Source of the DNA: an uncultured Ruminococcus sp.
GTDB taxonomy: Bacteria; Bacillota; Clostridia; Oscillospirales; CAG-272
Direction of reading: 5' to 3'
DNA length: 64,000 nt
Assembly (NCBI GenBank): GCA_902779285.1
Contig: CACZAZ010000001.1
Coordinates: forward strand, 16,460 to 80,459
This document shows, piece after piece, positions 50,745-61,205 of this stretch. Position 1 is the stretch's first letter. Every line of letters begins with the position of its first letter. Position numbers and translations under genes: made by a program. The notes beneath the pieces are model-generated. The model worked only from the letters and a program-made list of their open reading frames with translations. It had not been told where the DNA came from and ran no database searches.

Positions 50745-53507
50745 ATGGACAAAACAAACGATTTTCAAAAGCGCGAACGCCGCGGGCTCCGCCGCGCCGA
50801 GCGGGCGATCCGACGCCTGGCGTCGCCGGGGACAAGCACGGGAGAGGCGCTGCTCCTCTGGATCTTCGCGGCGCTGCTCGGGTACTTATTCACACCGGCG
50901 GAGACCTTCTTTTCGGCGCGGCCGATCGGGATCGCGTGGATCTGCGCCCTGCCGGGACCGGCGGCGGTCGCGGGGCTTATCGGCGGGCTTCTCGGCTGCC
51001 TTTCACTCGGACGGACGGGGGTGATCTACGGCTCGCTTCTGCTGCTCGTCGCGGGGGCGCGGATGATCGTCGGCATCCCCGGCAAGGGGCGACGGATCCT
51101 GCCCGATTCCCCGGGGCTCTTCCGCGAGGCGTCGCAGCTCCGCGCGTCGATCGCCTGCGTCGCCGGATTCGTTTCGTCGGGCTATCAACTGGTCGCCGTC
51201 GGGCTCTCGACCGAGGGGCTTCTTTTCTCGCTCACCATGATCCTCGGCTGCACGACCGCGTGCCTTCTCTTCGGGGCGTTCTTCGACGGCGGGATCACGC
51301 TCGGGGAACTCACCGGGCGCGGCAAGATCCCGGAGCGGACCCGGACGGCTGCGTTCTTTTCTCAGATCGGGGCGCTCTCGATCCTGTTCTTTTTCGTGCG
51401 GGCGCTCTCGGCGTTCGCCCTGTTCGGGCTGTCGCTCTCGGGGGTCGCCGCGGGGCTGTTCACGCTCTTCGTTTCCCGGCGCTACGGCGCTCTCAAGGGG
51501 TGCGCGGCGGGACTGCTCATGACGCTCGGGATCGGACCGCTTTACGCCCCGGCGTTCGCTCTGTTCGGTCTGTTTTCGGGGATCCTGTGGGAGGTCGGCG
51601 CGGTCTACGCCGTCGGGCTCGGGGTGGGCGCCGCCTCGGTCTGGTGTTCCTACGTCGGGGGGCTCTCCGGTTTTCTGTCGACGGCGCCCGAACTCACGAT
51701 CGCGGCTCTGTTCGGGCTTCCCCTGGTCCCGCGCGTTCTGTCGGCGGGACGGGTCTTGCGCGAGGAAGAGGACGCCCGGCTGGGGGAGGAGGCGGTCCGC
51801 CGCCTGAAAAACGAGCGCGGGGAAACGCGGGACGACCGGATCGCGGGACTCGCGGGCGCTTTCTCTTCCCTGTCCCGCGTTTTTCAGACCATGTCCGACG
51901 GCACGGGGCGACCCGACCGCGCGGAGTACGTATCGGCTTGCGACGCCGCGTGCGAAAAATACTGCAACGGATGCCCGCGGCGCGCCGAATGCTGGGAAAA
52001 GGGCGACCGCTCGGCGTACGAAGCGGTGAAGATCCTGTCGGAGCGGCTCTATACCGAGCGCCCCGCGTCGGTCGACTGTCTCCCCGAAGGGGCGATCCGC
52101 GAATGCGAATATCTCGACGCGATCCTGTCCGACATCCGGGAGGCGGGCGCCGCTCTGCTCCGTTCCTCGCGGGTCGGACGGTTCGGAGAGGGGATCGGGC
52201 TGGATTACGAATTGGTGGCGAAACTGCTCTCCGAGGCGGCGGAGGCAGACCGCGCCGAGAACCGCGAGGACGTCAAACTCGGGCTGGAACTCAGGCGGCG
52301 TCTCCTTGATTTCGGGATCACGAGCGGCACGGTCGCGGCGTACGGGGAAAGACGGCGCTGGATCGTGGCGGGCGGCGTCGGCTGGGAGGGCGCGTCCGCG
52401 GACCCCGAGGCGATCCGGCGGGCGTTCGAGGAGGTCGCGGGAACGCCTCTGACCAAACCCGCCTTCGAGATCAAGGGCGGGGTCGTAACGCTCGAAACCA
52501 AAACGGCGCGCCGCTTCCGCACGGAGACCTGCCGCGCCTGCCGCTCCGCCGATCCGGGCGCGAGTTCGGGCGATACGATCGGCTTCTTCGAGAACCGGGA
52601 GGACTACTTCTACGCCCTGCTCTCGGACGGGATGGGATGCGGACCGAGCGCCGCCCTGACCTCCGGGGTCGCCACGCTCTTCCTTGAAAAGATGCTCGGC
52701 GCGGGCAACTCCAAGACCACCGCCCTGAAACTGCTGAACAACCTGCTCCGCAACTGCGGGGAGGAGAACGCCGCGACGGTCGACCTGCTCGAATTCGACC
52801 TGCTGACGGGTCGGGCGACCTTCATCAAGAGCGGTGCCGCGCCCTCCTACGTCAAACGCGGCGGGAGTCTGTTCCGCATCCGCTCGAAGACCGTGCCGGT
52901 CGGGATGATGGCGACCCTCGACGCCGAGAAGATCCGCTTCGACGCCGCCCCAGGCGACGTGATCGTGATGCTCTCGGACGGGGTCAGCCAGACGCCGGAG
53001 GACGCGCCGTGGCTGCTCGAACTGCTCTCCGGAAAATGGGAGGACGATCTGCACGCCGTCGCGCAGAGGATCGTCGCCGTGGCGAGCCGCACCCGCGAAC
53101 ACAAAGACGACCTGTCCGTCGCCCTGATCCGCATCCTTCCCGTCGCGGAGGAGGCGGAAACGGACCGAGCGCCCGCGTCGCCCGATACGGCAACGGCGGC
53201 AACGGAGGAAACGGCGGCAACGGCGGCAACCGAGACGTTCTCCGCGATCCCCGTAGCGGCGGACGCGCCCGCGGAAACGCCCGCGCCGATCGCCCCGCCC
53301 TCGGACGTGCCCGCGGAAACGCTCCCGGAAACGCCGCCGGGACCGACCGAAGCGCCCGACGGATCGGGACCGCCGCCCGAGATCGAAGACCCGTCGCCGC
53401 CCCCGGACGAGCCCCGCCCGGAAGAAGATACTCCGGGGGAGCGGCTCGCCGCGGTGATCCCGTTCCTTGCGCCCGACGACGGAGAGGGCGGACAGGCGGC
53501 GTCCTGA
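50745..53507 (+). CDS. spoIIE: Stage II sporulation protein E (PP2C phosphatase) with a P/A/T/E-rich C-terminal tail
   Basis: About 10 N-terminal TM helices are followed by the PP2C block FYALLSDGMGCGPSAALTSG and VIVMLSDGV. The start is ATG 50745 or GTG 50724. Confidence 0.88.
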   Translation: MDKTNDFQKRERRGLRRAERAIRRLASPGTSTGEALLLWIFAALLGYLFTPAETFFSARPIGIAWICALPGPAAVAGLIGGLLGCLSLGRTGVIYGSLLLLVAGARMIVGIPGKGRRILPDSPGLFREASQLRASIACVAGFVSSGYQLVAVGLSTEGLLFSLTMILGCTTACLLFGAFFDGGITLGELTGRGKIPERTRTAAFFSQIGALSILFFFVRALSAFALFGLSLSGVAAGLFTLFVSRRYGALKGCAAGLLMTLGIGPLYAPAFALFGLFSGILWEVGAVYAVGLGVGAASVWCSYVGGLSGFLSTAPELTIAALFGLPLVPRVLSAGRVLREEEDARLGEEAVRRLKNERGETRDDRIAGLAGAFSSLSRVFQTMSDGTGRPDRAEYVSACDAACEKYCNGCPRRAECWEKGDRSAYEAVKILSERLYTERPASVDCLPEGAIRECEYLDAILSDIREAGAALLRSSRVGRFGEGIGLDYELVAKLLSEAAEADRAENREDVKLGLELRRRLLDFGITSGTVAAYGERRRWIVAGGVGWEGASADPEAIRRAFEEVAGTPLTKPAFEIKGGVVTLETKTARRFRTETCRACRSADPGASSGDTIGFFENREDYFYALLSDGMGCGPSAALTSGVATLFLEKMLGAGNSKTTALKLLNNLLRNCGEENAATVDLLEFDLLTGRATFIKSGAAPSYVKRGGSLFRIRSKTVPVGMMATLDAEKIRFDAAPGDVIVMLSDGVSQTPEDAPWLLELLSGKWEDDLHAVAQRIVAVASRTREHKDDLSVALIRILPVAEEAETDRAPASPDTATAATEETAATAATETFSAIPVAADAPAETPAPIAPPSDVPAETLPETPPGPTEAPDGSGPPPEIEDPSPPPDEPRPEEDTPGERLAAVIPFLAPDDGEGGQAAS

Positions 53508-53530
53508 CGCGAGCCTTATATAAAACGATA

Positions 53531-53558
53531 CCGCCCGTGCTTGCACGGGCGGTTGATT
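53531..53558. terminator. Bidirectional terminator hairpin
   Basis: CCGCCCGT-GCTTGC-ACGGGCGG between the convergent spoIIE and MATE genes. Confidence 0.65.
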
Positions 53559-54997
53559 TAGGTTAAGGGAGAAGATTTTTCGATCTCCTTTTTCCGTTTT
53601 CGGAAAAGGAAGAGGAAGATCACGAGGTCGACCGCCAGCGTGATCGCCCAGGAGACGGGATAGGAGATCATCAGCGTCCGCAGCGACGGGGAGAGCGGCA
53701 CGACGAAGGCGATCCAGAGGATGCGGAGACCGCAGATCCCGCCGATCGCGACCGCGGTCGGAAGAAGCGAGGCGCCCATCCCGCGGATAGCGCTCGAAAG
53801 CACGCCCATAAAGCCGCAGAGGAAGTAGGTCCCGACCACGATGGTCAGCCGCGAGAACGCGACCTGCTCGGCGTCGGGGGAATCGGGGAGATAGAGTTTG
53901 ACCAAGGGCTCTCGGAACAGAAGGATCGCGCCGTCGACCGCCAGCCAGAAGATCATCACGTAGAAAAGGCAGACCAAAACCGCCCGCCCGATCCGGCGCG
54001 TGTTCTTCGCCCCGTAGTTCTGCCCGACGAACGCCATGCTCGCCGCGTCGGGCGCGTTGATCGCCGTCCAGCCGAAGCCCTCGAGGTTAGCCGACGCCGT
54101 CGACGCGGCGATCACGACGTCCCCGAACGAGTTGATGGTCGATTGGATCAGCACGTTCGAAAACGAGAACAAACTCGACTGGATCCCCGCCGGAACGCCG
54201 TGGCGCAGGATGCGGAGCAGTTGGTTTTTGCGCAGCGAGAGTTTCTTGAAATTCAGTTTGCAGGCGTTGTTCAGCCGCGTGAGGAAGAAGAGCGCGGCGG
54301 CGGCGGAAAGGTACTGGCTCACGATCGTGGCGATCGCGACCCCGTCGACCGACATCGAAAACCCGAGGACGAACAGCAGGTTCAGCCCCACGTTGACCAG
54401 CCCCGCGCCCCCGAGGATAAAGAGCGGACGGCGCGTGTCGCCCGAGGTACGGAGGATCGCCGCCCCGAAGTTGTAGACCATATTGGCGGGCGTGCCGCAG
54501 AAGTAGATGCGCAGATAAAGCGAGGCGTCGTCGATCAGCGTATCGGAGCAGTTCATCCAGCGAAGAAACGTCGGCGCGAAGATAAAGCCGACCGTCCCGA
54601 CCGCGACCCCGAGCAGAGCGGACACGGCGATCGCCGTGTGCGTCAGGGCGGACGCCTCTTTCTCGTCCCGTGCGCCGAGAGCGATCGCGATGGTGACGCT
54701 CGACCCGACCGAAAGACCGAGGAACAGACCGATCAGCAGATTGATGAGCGACCCGGTACAGCCTACCGCGGGCAGCGCCGTTTCGCCGTTCTCCGCGAAG
54801 TTGCTGAGAACGATCAGGTCGGCGGCGTTATAGAACAGCGAAAGAAGCCCCGTCAGGATGACCGGGAGCGCAAACGCGAAAACGCCCGGAAACAGGGGGC
54901 CGGATACCATATTCAGATTGCGCGCGCGGGGGCGCGGAGAGCGGGCGACGGGCGGATTCTGCCCTTCTTCGGGCGATCCGGCGGTTTTCGGTTCCAT
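53558..54997 (-). CDS. MATE-family efflux transporter
   Basis: 12-TM protein. FALPVILTGLLSLFYNAADLIVLSNF is a typical MATE N-terminal motif. Confidence 0.85.
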   Translation of the reverse strand: MEPKTAGSPEEGQNPPVARSPRPRARNLNMVSGPLFPGVFAFALPVILTGLLSLFYNAADLIVLSNFAENGETALPAVGCTGSLINLLIGLFLGLSVGSSVTIAIALGARDEKEASALTHTAIAVSALLGVAVGTVGFIFAPTFLRWMNCSDTLIDDASLYLRIYFCGTPANMVYNFGAAILRTSGDTRRPLFILGGAGLVNVGLNLLFVLGFSMSVDGVAIATIVSQYLSAAAALFFLTRLNNACKLNFKKLSLRKNQLLRILRHGVPAGIQSSLFSFSNVLIQSTINSFGDVVIAASTASANLEGFGWTAINAPDAASMAFVGQNYGAKNTRRIGRAVLVCLFYVMIFWLAVDGAILLFREPLVKLYLPDSPDAEQVAFSRLTIVVGTYFLCGFMGVLSSAIRGMGASLLPTAVAIGGICGLRILWIAFVVPLSPSLRTLMISYPVSWAITLAVDLVIFLFLFRKRKKEIEKSSPLT

Positions 54998-55020
54998 GAA
55001 AACGACCTTTCAAAAAGCAG

Positions 55021-55995
55021 TCAGAACTCGTTTTTCAAACTTCTTGCAAACAGCCGCTTGATGCAGTCGGCAAGCGGCAGACCGTGATAGAGAACGTCCT
55101 CCACGCCGCGCGAGATCGGAAGATCGACCCCGTTCGCGTCGGCAAGCGCCGTCAGAGCGCGGACGGTGTAATATCCCTCCGCGAGTTCCCCGAATTCCTC
55201 CCCCCGGGCGAACGCCTCTCCGAACCGGCGGTTGTGGCTGTAGGGCGAGAACAGCGTCGCCTCGTAGTCCCCGAGGGGACAGAGCCCGTAAGCGGAATTC
55301 GGGTTCCCCCCGACCGATCCGATCAGCCGCGCGATCTCGCGGGTCCCGCGGGACATCAAAGCCCCTTTCAGAGAGGGGGTCCCCAGCCCGTCGAGAAAAC
55401 CCGCGGCGATCCCGACGACGTTCTTCGCGGCGGCGCCGATCTCGTTTCCGATCAGGTCCCGACCGTAGTAAAAGCGGATCAGATCGCCCGAGAACGCGTC
55501 GACCAGCGTCTTTTTCGTCCCCTCGTCGGCGCTGTCGATCACCATGCAGTTCGGGATGCCCGCGCAGAACGCCTGGACGTGTCCGGGTCCGATCCACACG
55601 GCGGTCTTCGTCCTGCCGCCGAGTTCTTCTTCCGCGACCGTCGAGAGCCGCTTGCCGCTCCCGATCTCCAGCCCCTTCATACAGAGGACCAGCGTTTCGG
55701 GCAGGGAAGAACGAGCCGCGACCTCGCGGAGCAGCGAACGAAGCTCTTGAGAGGGGATCGAAACGACCAGGATCTTTGCGCCTTCGAGCGCGGCGGGAAG
55801 GGAAGTTTCGAGTCTGACGGCGGCGGGCAGTTCCATCAGGGCGTTTCTGTGCGTTTCGATCAGTTCCTCCATCCGGCGGGAGCCCGGTCTGCCGTACAGC
55901 GTGACCGCGTGTCCGAGGTCGGAGAGATATTTGGCGATGAACGCGCCCCAGCGGCCGCAGCCGATCACCGATATATTGTAAAGTTTTCTTTGCAT
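55021..55995 (-). CDS. gpsA: NAD(P)H-dependent glycerol-3-phosphate dehydrogenase
   Basis: The start was moved to the ATG at 55995. ISVIGCGRWGAFIA is the Rossmann motif, and the GpsA core NVVGIAAG is present. Confidence 0.88.
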   Translation of the reverse strand: MQRKLYNISVIGCGRWGAFIAKYLSDLGHAVTLYGRPGSRRMEELIETHRNALMELPAAVRLETSLPAALEGAKILVVSIPSQELRSLLREVAARSSLPETLVLCMKGLEIGSGKRLSTVAEEELGGRTKTAVWIGPGHVQAFCAGIPNCMVIDSADEGTKKTLVDAFSGDLIRFYYGRDLIGNEIGAAAKNVVGIAAGFLDGLGTPSLKGALMSRGTREIARLIGSVGGNPNSAYGLCPLGDYEATLFSPYSHNRRFGEAFARGEEFGELAEGYYTVRALTALADANGVDLPISRGVEDVLYHGLPLADCIKRLFARSLKNEF

Positions 55996-56006
55996 TTCGG
56001 TTCCTT

Positions 56007-56942
56007 TCAGTTCGGGAGAAGCCCCTTGAGGTCGGCGGGATCGAACTCGACGAGCCCGCATTCCCCGAGACGGCGGGGCAGCGAGATCACGTTCCTGCCG
56101 TCCGCCCACTGGTATTCTTCGATCGCCGCGATCAGTTCTTCGTCGGAGATCAGCGCGGAGTTCGGCAGCCCGTGGTAGGAGAGCAGACCGATAAGGTCGG
56201 ATAAGAAATCCTTGCGGCAGTAGCCGGTTTTCAGCGCGTAGCGGGTCGCCGCCGCAAGCCCGATCGCGAGCTCGTCGGCTTCGTCGAACGGGTCGTCAGA
56301 CAAGGGATCGCGGGCTCCGAGCGCATATCCGACCGAAAGGCCGATCACCGTTCCGAGCCGGTCGAACAGGTCGGTTTTTTCGGCGTCGAGCAGGTCGCAC
56401 CGGATCGCAAGACAGCGCCGGAGCAGCGCCCCGAGATCAAAGTCGGCGTAGAGCAGGTCGAAAAGCGTCGCGTCGAATCCGACGGCGTAGCGGATCAGTT
56501 CGACGAGCCCGCGCTTTTTGTCGGCGTCGGAGACGGGCAGCGACGGATCGCATAGGATCAGCCCCGCGGCGTCTCCGATCGCGAAATCGAACTGCGCTTC
56601 AAGGGTCGTCGGGACGAGAACGTAGGGAAGCCCGGGATAATAGTCGTCTGCAAATCGGATCTCTCTGCCGATCGTCCCCGCGTCCCCGACGATCAGGAGC
56701 GCGTCGACGTCGTTCGGGTAGTCCGGATATTCCCCCTCGGGGAGAGGGACGACGGTTTGCCCCGCCTTTTCAAGCGACGCGAGCAAAGCCGACGGCGCCG
56801 GGTCGGTATCGGGCAGGTCGCACAGGTAGAGAAAACGCCGTTTGCCGCCCCCCGGCGGGGAGAGCAGAGCGCCGGCTTTGCGTAAGATCCCGGATCCGAC
56901 CCGGATCTCAAAGGGCAGCCGTTTCGGTCTGATCGGTTTCAC
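56007..56942 (-). CDS. Divergent dehydroquinate-synthase/iron-ADH-superfamily-like protein
   Basis: GTG start at 56942 after GGAAGGAGAA. The layout resembles the DHQS fold, but the glycine-rich nucleotide motif is degenerate (LLIVGDAGTIGREI). Confidence 0.4.
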   Translation of the reverse strand: MKPIRPKRLPFEIRVGSGILRKAGALLSPPGGGKRRFLYLCDLPDTDPAPSALLASLEKAGQTVVPLPEGEYPDYPNDVDALLIVGDAGTIGREIRFADDYYPGLPYVLVPTTLEAQFDFAIGDAAGLILCDPSLPVSDADKKRGLVELIRYAVGFDATLFDLLYADFDLGALLRRCLAIRCDLLDAEKTDLFDRLGTVIGLSVGYALGARDPLSDDPFDEADELAIGLAAATRYALKTGYCRKDFLSDLIGLLSYHGLPNSALISDEELIAAIEEYQWADGRNVISLPRRLGECGLVEFDPADLKGLLPN

Positions 56943-57127
56943 GGGCGTTCTCCTTCCTTCGTTTCGTCTCCATAGATTATACAGCAAGCCGCCCGGATTG
57001 TCAAACGGTTTCGCCCGATTTGCGCGAACGGAAATAAACACCCCCGAAAGGGGGATGTTCAACCGCAAATATTTACATTTTTCGACGGATATGCTACAAT
57101 AGAGAAAAAGCCGCTTGGGAGGTCGCT

Positions 57128-58672
57128 ATGGTATCGAGGATCTACAGCGCCGGGATCGTCGGCGTGGAGGGCTACGAGGTCACGGTCGAATGCAGCGCGT
57201 GGAACAGGATCCCGCTGTTTGAGTTGGTGGGTCTGCCCGACGCCGCCGTAAAAGAGGCGAAGGAACGGGTGAAGAACGCCTGCGAGAACGTGGGGATCCC
57301 CTTTCCGTCGCTCGAACTCACCGTCAATCTCGCCCCCGCCGACCGCAAAAAGGAGGGGGCGGGGTTCGATCTGCCCATCCTCTGCGCGATCCTCCAATGC
57401 GCCGGAAAGATCCCGCGCGATCTCGATCTCTCCGCCGTTTCGATGGTCGGGGAACTCTCCCTCTCGGGAGAGATCCGTCCGGTGAACGGCTGTCTCTGCG
57501 TCGCCCTCGCCGCGCGTGACGCGGGGAGAAAGATCCTCTACGTGCCGGAACGGAACGCCCGCGAAGCGGCGGTGGTTTCGGGGCTGACCGTCTACGGCGT
57601 GCGCGATCTCTCGACCCTGCTCGCCCACCTGAACGGAAAGATCGCCCTGACCCCGACCGTTTTCGACCGCGCGGATTTCGTCCCCGACGAGGGCGGCGAC
57701 GTTCCCGACTTCTCGGAGGTAAAAGGGCAGGAGAAGGCGAAGCGGGCGCTCGAGATCGCGGCGGCGGGCGGACACAACGTGCTTCTGATCGGACCTCCGG
57801 GCTCGGGCAAGTCGATGCTCGCCAAACGCCTGCCCTCGATTTTGCCGGCGCTCTCCTTTGAGGAGGCGCTCGAAACCACCAAGATCCACTCGGTCGAGGG
57901 GATCCTCGGCGGGAAAGGGCTGGTCACGCGCCGCCCCTTCCGCTCGCCCCACCATACCGTCAGCCCCGCCGGATTGACGGGAGGCGGGAGCGTGCCGAGA
58001 CCGGGCGAGATCTCGCTCGCGCACAACGGCGTGCTGTTCCTCGACGAGTTGCCGGAGTTCCCGAAATCGGCGACCGAGATCCTGCGCCAGCCTCTGGAGG
58101 ACGGGCGCGTGACGGTGACGCGCGTGCTTGCCAAGACCACCTATCCGGCGCGTTTTATGCTGGTTTGCGCCATGAACCCCTGTCGCTGCGGCTATTACGG
58201 CGACCCCAACCATACCTGCACCTGTACCCCCGAGCAGGTGCGCCGCTATCTTTCCAAGATCAGCGGACCGCTGCTCGACCGGATCGATATTCAGGTCGAA
58301 GTGCCCGCCGTGACCTACGACGAGATGGCGGATAAGACCCGGTCGGGCGAGCCGTCGAAAACCATCCGCGAGCGGGTGAACGAAGCCCGCCGCTTTGCCG
58401 AAACGCGCGCCGAGCGGCAGGGGGTGCCCGTCCGCCCGAACGCCGCGATCCCGCCGAAGGAGATCGGCAAACTCTGCCCGCTCGAGCCCGCCGCGGAAGC
58501 CCTGCTCCGCGACGCCTTCGAGAAACTCGGGATGTCCGCCCGCGGACACGACCGCGTCCTGCGCGTCGCGCGTACCGTTGCGGACCTCGCCGGGTCGGAG
58601 ATCATCAAAGCCGCCCATATCGCCGAGGCGATCCAGTACCGCTCCCTCGACCGCAAATACTTCCGTCAATAA
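57128..58672 (+). CDS. yifB: YifB/ComM-family Mg-chelatase-like AAA+ ATPase
   Basis: A Lon-protease-like N-domain is followed by Walker A LLIGPPGSGKSM and GVLFLDELPEF. 514 aa. Confidence 0.92.
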   Translation: MVSRIYSAGIVGVEGYEVTVECSAWNRIPLFELVGLPDAAVKEAKERVKNACENVGIPFPSLELTVNLAPADRKKEGAGFDLPILCAILQCAGKIPRDLDLSAVSMVGELSLSGEIRPVNGCLCVALAARDAGRKILYVPERNAREAAVVSGLTVYGVRDLSTLLAHLNGKIALTPTVFDRADFVPDEGGDVPDFSEVKGQEKAKRALEIAAAGGHNVLLIGPPGSGKSMLAKRLPSILPALSFEEALETTKIHSVEGILGGKGLVTRRPFRSPHHTVSPAGLTGGGSVPRPGEISLAHNGVLFLDELPEFPKSATEILRQPLEDGRVTVTRVLAKTTYPARFMLVCAMNPCRCGYYGDPNHTCTCTPEQVRRYLSKISGPLLDRIDIQVEVPAVTYDEMADKTRSGEPSKTIRERVNEARRFAETRAERQGVPVRPNAAIPPKEIGKLCPLEPAAEALLRDAFEKLGMSARGHDRVLRVARTVADLAGSEIIKAAHIAEAIQYRSLDRKYFRQ

Positions 58673-58732
58673 TATACGCGCGCGAGGGAGACGCCCCGCG
58701 GGGGTAAAACGGGGGATTTCCGCTTTCTTTTA

Positions 58733-58861
58733 GGCGCGCCCGCATCCCCCGCGCGGGCGTGGTAAGGAAAGCTTGGCAAAGAACTTCATTATGGAAATAA
58801 TAATGAAGTCAGCAAAACGGCGAGCCCCACCGGACTCTCGCCGTTTTGCGGTTCTATAGCC
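58733..58861 (-). repeat. Three-hairpin intergenic repeat, copy E
   Basis: Best-preserved copy: GGCGCGCCCGCATCCCCCGCGCGGGCG / CTTCATTATGGAAATAATAATGAAG / GCAAAACGGCGAG...CTCGCCGTTTTGC GGTTCTATAGCC. Confidence 0.85.
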
Positions 58862-59096
58862 GCCGCCCAACGATCCTCTCCGCCTTTTGTATAACAAAAC
58901 GCAGACCGCGCCGAACCGCGCGGTCTGCTCATAACGATTGCCTTTGCCTGTAGGAGGCAATATCATAACTCCAAACGTTGCGCCGCAGAGCAATTCATAA
59001 CTCGCCGTTCCTCTCCGCCGCCCGCGTGAATAATATGCAAAAACGCGTGAATAAGCAGAATAAATATAAAAACTTGAAAAATATCCGAAAAAGGTC

Positions 59097-59125
59097 TTGA
59101 CAAACGGCGGGGACGGTTGTATAAT
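59097..59125 (+). promoter_or_regulatory. sigmaA-type promoter of argG
   Basis: TTGACA-17 nt-TATAAT. Confidence 0.7.
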
Positions 59126-59147
59126 AGGCGCATAAAAGCCGAACGGC

Positions 59148-59165
59148 AAGAATAAATATTCACGG
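59148..59165. promoter_or_regulatory. Candidate ARG box (ArgR/AhrC operator)
   Basis: The bottom strand reads TGAATATTTATTC, close to TGAATWWWWATTCA, and lies between the -10 and the SD. Weaker TGAATAA half-sites lie at 59027-59039 and 59048-59060. Confidence 0.45.
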
Positions 59166-59176
59166 AGACAACGAAA

Positions 59177-60406
59177 ATGGACAAAAGCAAGATCAAAAAA
59201 GTAGTTCTGGCGTACTCGGGCGGGCTCGACACCTCGATCATCATCCCGTGGCTGAAGGAAAACTACAACAACTGCGAGGTCATCGCGGTCGCGGGCAACG
59301 TCGGACAGGCGGACGAACTCGACGGGCTGGAGGAGAAGGCGCTGAAGACCGGCGCGTCCAAACTCTACGTTCTCGATCTGACCGAGGAGTACGTGAACGA
59401 TTACATCATCCCGACGATGAAGGCGGGCGCGGTCTACGAGGAGTATCTGCTCGGCACCAGCCACGCGCGGCCCTGCATCGCAAAAGGGCTGGTCGAAGTC
59501 GCTCTGAAAGAGGGCGCCGACGCGATCTGCCACGGCTGCACCGGCAAGGGAAACGACCAGGTGCGGTTTGAACTCGCGATCAAGCATTTCGCCCCCGAGA
59601 TGCCGGTCATCGCTCCGTGGCGCGAGTGGAGCATCAAGTCGCGCGACGAGGAGATCGACTACGCCGAGGCGCACAACGTCCCGCTCCGGATCAACCGCGA
59701 GACCAACTACTCGAAGGATAAGAACCTCTGGCACCTCTCGCACGAGGGGCTCGATCTCGAAGACACCGGCAACGAGCCGCAGTACGAGAAACCCGGATTT
59801 CTTGAAATGGGCGTCTCTCCCCTGCAGGCGCCGGACAAGCCCACCTACGTCGAACTCGATTTCGAAAAGGGTGTCCCGGTCGCGCTCGACGGCAAGAAGA
59901 TGACGGCGAAAGAGATCATCCTCAAACTGAACGAGATCGGCGGTAAGAACGGCGTCGGACTTCTCGATATCGTGGAAAACCGGCTGGTCGGTATGAAGTG
60001 CCGCGGCGTCTACGAGACCCCCGGCGGATCGATCCTCTACAAAGCGCACAGCGTTCTTGAGAGCATCACGCTCGACAAGATGACCGCGCACGAGAAGGAG
60101 AAACTCTCGATCACCTTCGCGGAACTGGTCTACAACGGGCAATGGTTTACCCCGCTCCGCGAAGCGCTTTCGGCTTTCGTCGACAAGACGCAGGAGAGAG
60201 TGACCGGCAAGGTGAAGCTGAAACTCTACAAGGGCAACATCATCCGCGCCGGCGTGTGGAGCAAGTATTCGCTCTACAGCGAGAAGATCGCGACCTTCGG
60301 CGAGAGCGACTACAACCAGGCGGACGCCGTCGGGTTCATCAACCTCTACGGGCTGCCGATCAAGGTGCAGGCGCTGGTCGACAAAGAGATCGAAAACGAC
60401 AAATAA
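59177..60406 (+). CDS. argG: Argininosuccinate synthase
   Basis: [12 protein letters not shown] is the ATP-binding motif. 409 aa. Confidence 0.95.
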   Translation: MDKSKIKKVVLAYSGGLDTSIIIPWLKENYNNCEVIAVAGNVGQADELDGLEEKALKTGASKLYVLDLTEEYVNDYIIPTMKAGAVYEEYLLGTSHARPCIAKGLVEVALKEGADAICHGCTGKGNDQVRFELAIKHFAPEMPVIAPWREWSIKSRDEEIDYAEAHNVPLRINRETNYSKDKNLWHLSHEGLDLEDTGNEPQYEKPGFLEMGVSPLQAPDKPTYVELDFEKGVPVALDGKKMTAKEIILKLNEIGGKNGVGLLDIVENRLVGMKCRGVYETPGGSILYKAHSVLESITLDKMTAHEKEKLSITFAELVYNGQWFTPLREALSAFVDKTQERVTGKVKLKLYKGNIIRAGVWSKYSLYSEKIATFGESDYNQADAVGFINLYGLPIKVQALVDKEIENDK

Positions 60407-60409
60407 ACA

Positions 60410-60446
60410 ACGAAAACGGCTCGCTTCGGCGAGCCGTTTTCGTTGT
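60410..60446. terminator. Bidirectional rho-independent terminator
   Basis: AACGAAAACGGCTCGC-TTCG-GCGAGCCGTTTTCGTT. Confidence 0.85.
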
Positions 60447-60456
60447 TGAAGAATGA

Positions 60457-61077
60457 TTATTCGGCGGTCTGCTCCGCGTTCGGGGCGGGGGGTTCCGGCG
60501 AATTTTCCGCGAGGATCTTCTCCCGCTCGGCTTTTTCGACCGATCCGACGAAGAAGAACGAGAACAGGTTTCCGAGCGCGTCGGCAACGAGCGAGAGCCC
60601 GAAGAGGATCAGGATTTTTTTGACGTCCTCGCCGCCCTCCAGACGGATCGTGATGAAGGAGAGGGTGATCGTGACGATCGAAAGCACCATCAGCGCCCAG
60701 CACGCCTTTGACTTGAACTGCCGCGCACGCACGACGGTCTGCAGTTTAAACGACGCGTCGATGACGAGGAACAGGCAGACGAGCGAGGGAATGAATTCCT
60801 TGACCTTGTCGCGCAGGATCAGGCAGAGGACCCCCGCGATCACCGTGACCGAAGCCGCGACGATCCCGACGGCGAACTTGAAGCCGCGTTTCTTGTCGGA
60901 AAGCACCCGGATCGCCTGCACCGCCCCGAGCAGGAGCGTGACGACGCCGACCGTGATCGCCACGACGTCGAGCGTCTTGTTGGGATAGGCGAGGATCAGG
61001 ATCCCCGCGCCCCCGATCAGAAGTGCGAGCCACAGATAGCCCCAGTTGATCTCTTTGATTTTCTTCACAAGTCCCAT
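60457..61077 (-). CDS. HdeD/DUF308-like membrane protein
   Basis: The start was moved to the ATG at 61077, which follows AAAGGA. It has six predicted TM helices. The Arg-rich upstream part of the track ORF is translation of the minisatellite. Confidence 0.6.
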   Translation of the reverse strand: MGLVKKIKEINWGYLWLALLIGGAGILILAYPNKTLDVVAITVGVVTLLLGAVQAIRVLSDKKRGFKFAVGIVAASVTVIAGVLCLILRDKVKEFIPSLVCLFLVIDASFKLQTVVRARQFKSKACWALMVLSIVTITLSFITIRLEGGEDVKKILILFGLSLVADALGNLFSFFFVGSVEKAEREKILAENSPEPPAPNAEQTAE

Positions 61078-61205
61078 AGCGCAGTCCTTTCGTCTTGTTC
61101 CCGGGTCTCCCGGTCGTTCTGTGTTCATTTTACCACGCCGAAGAAGAAAAGTCAAGCCGAAACGCCGCGGCAGCCGTCTCCGGGCCCGCCGCCGGAACCT
61201 CCGCG

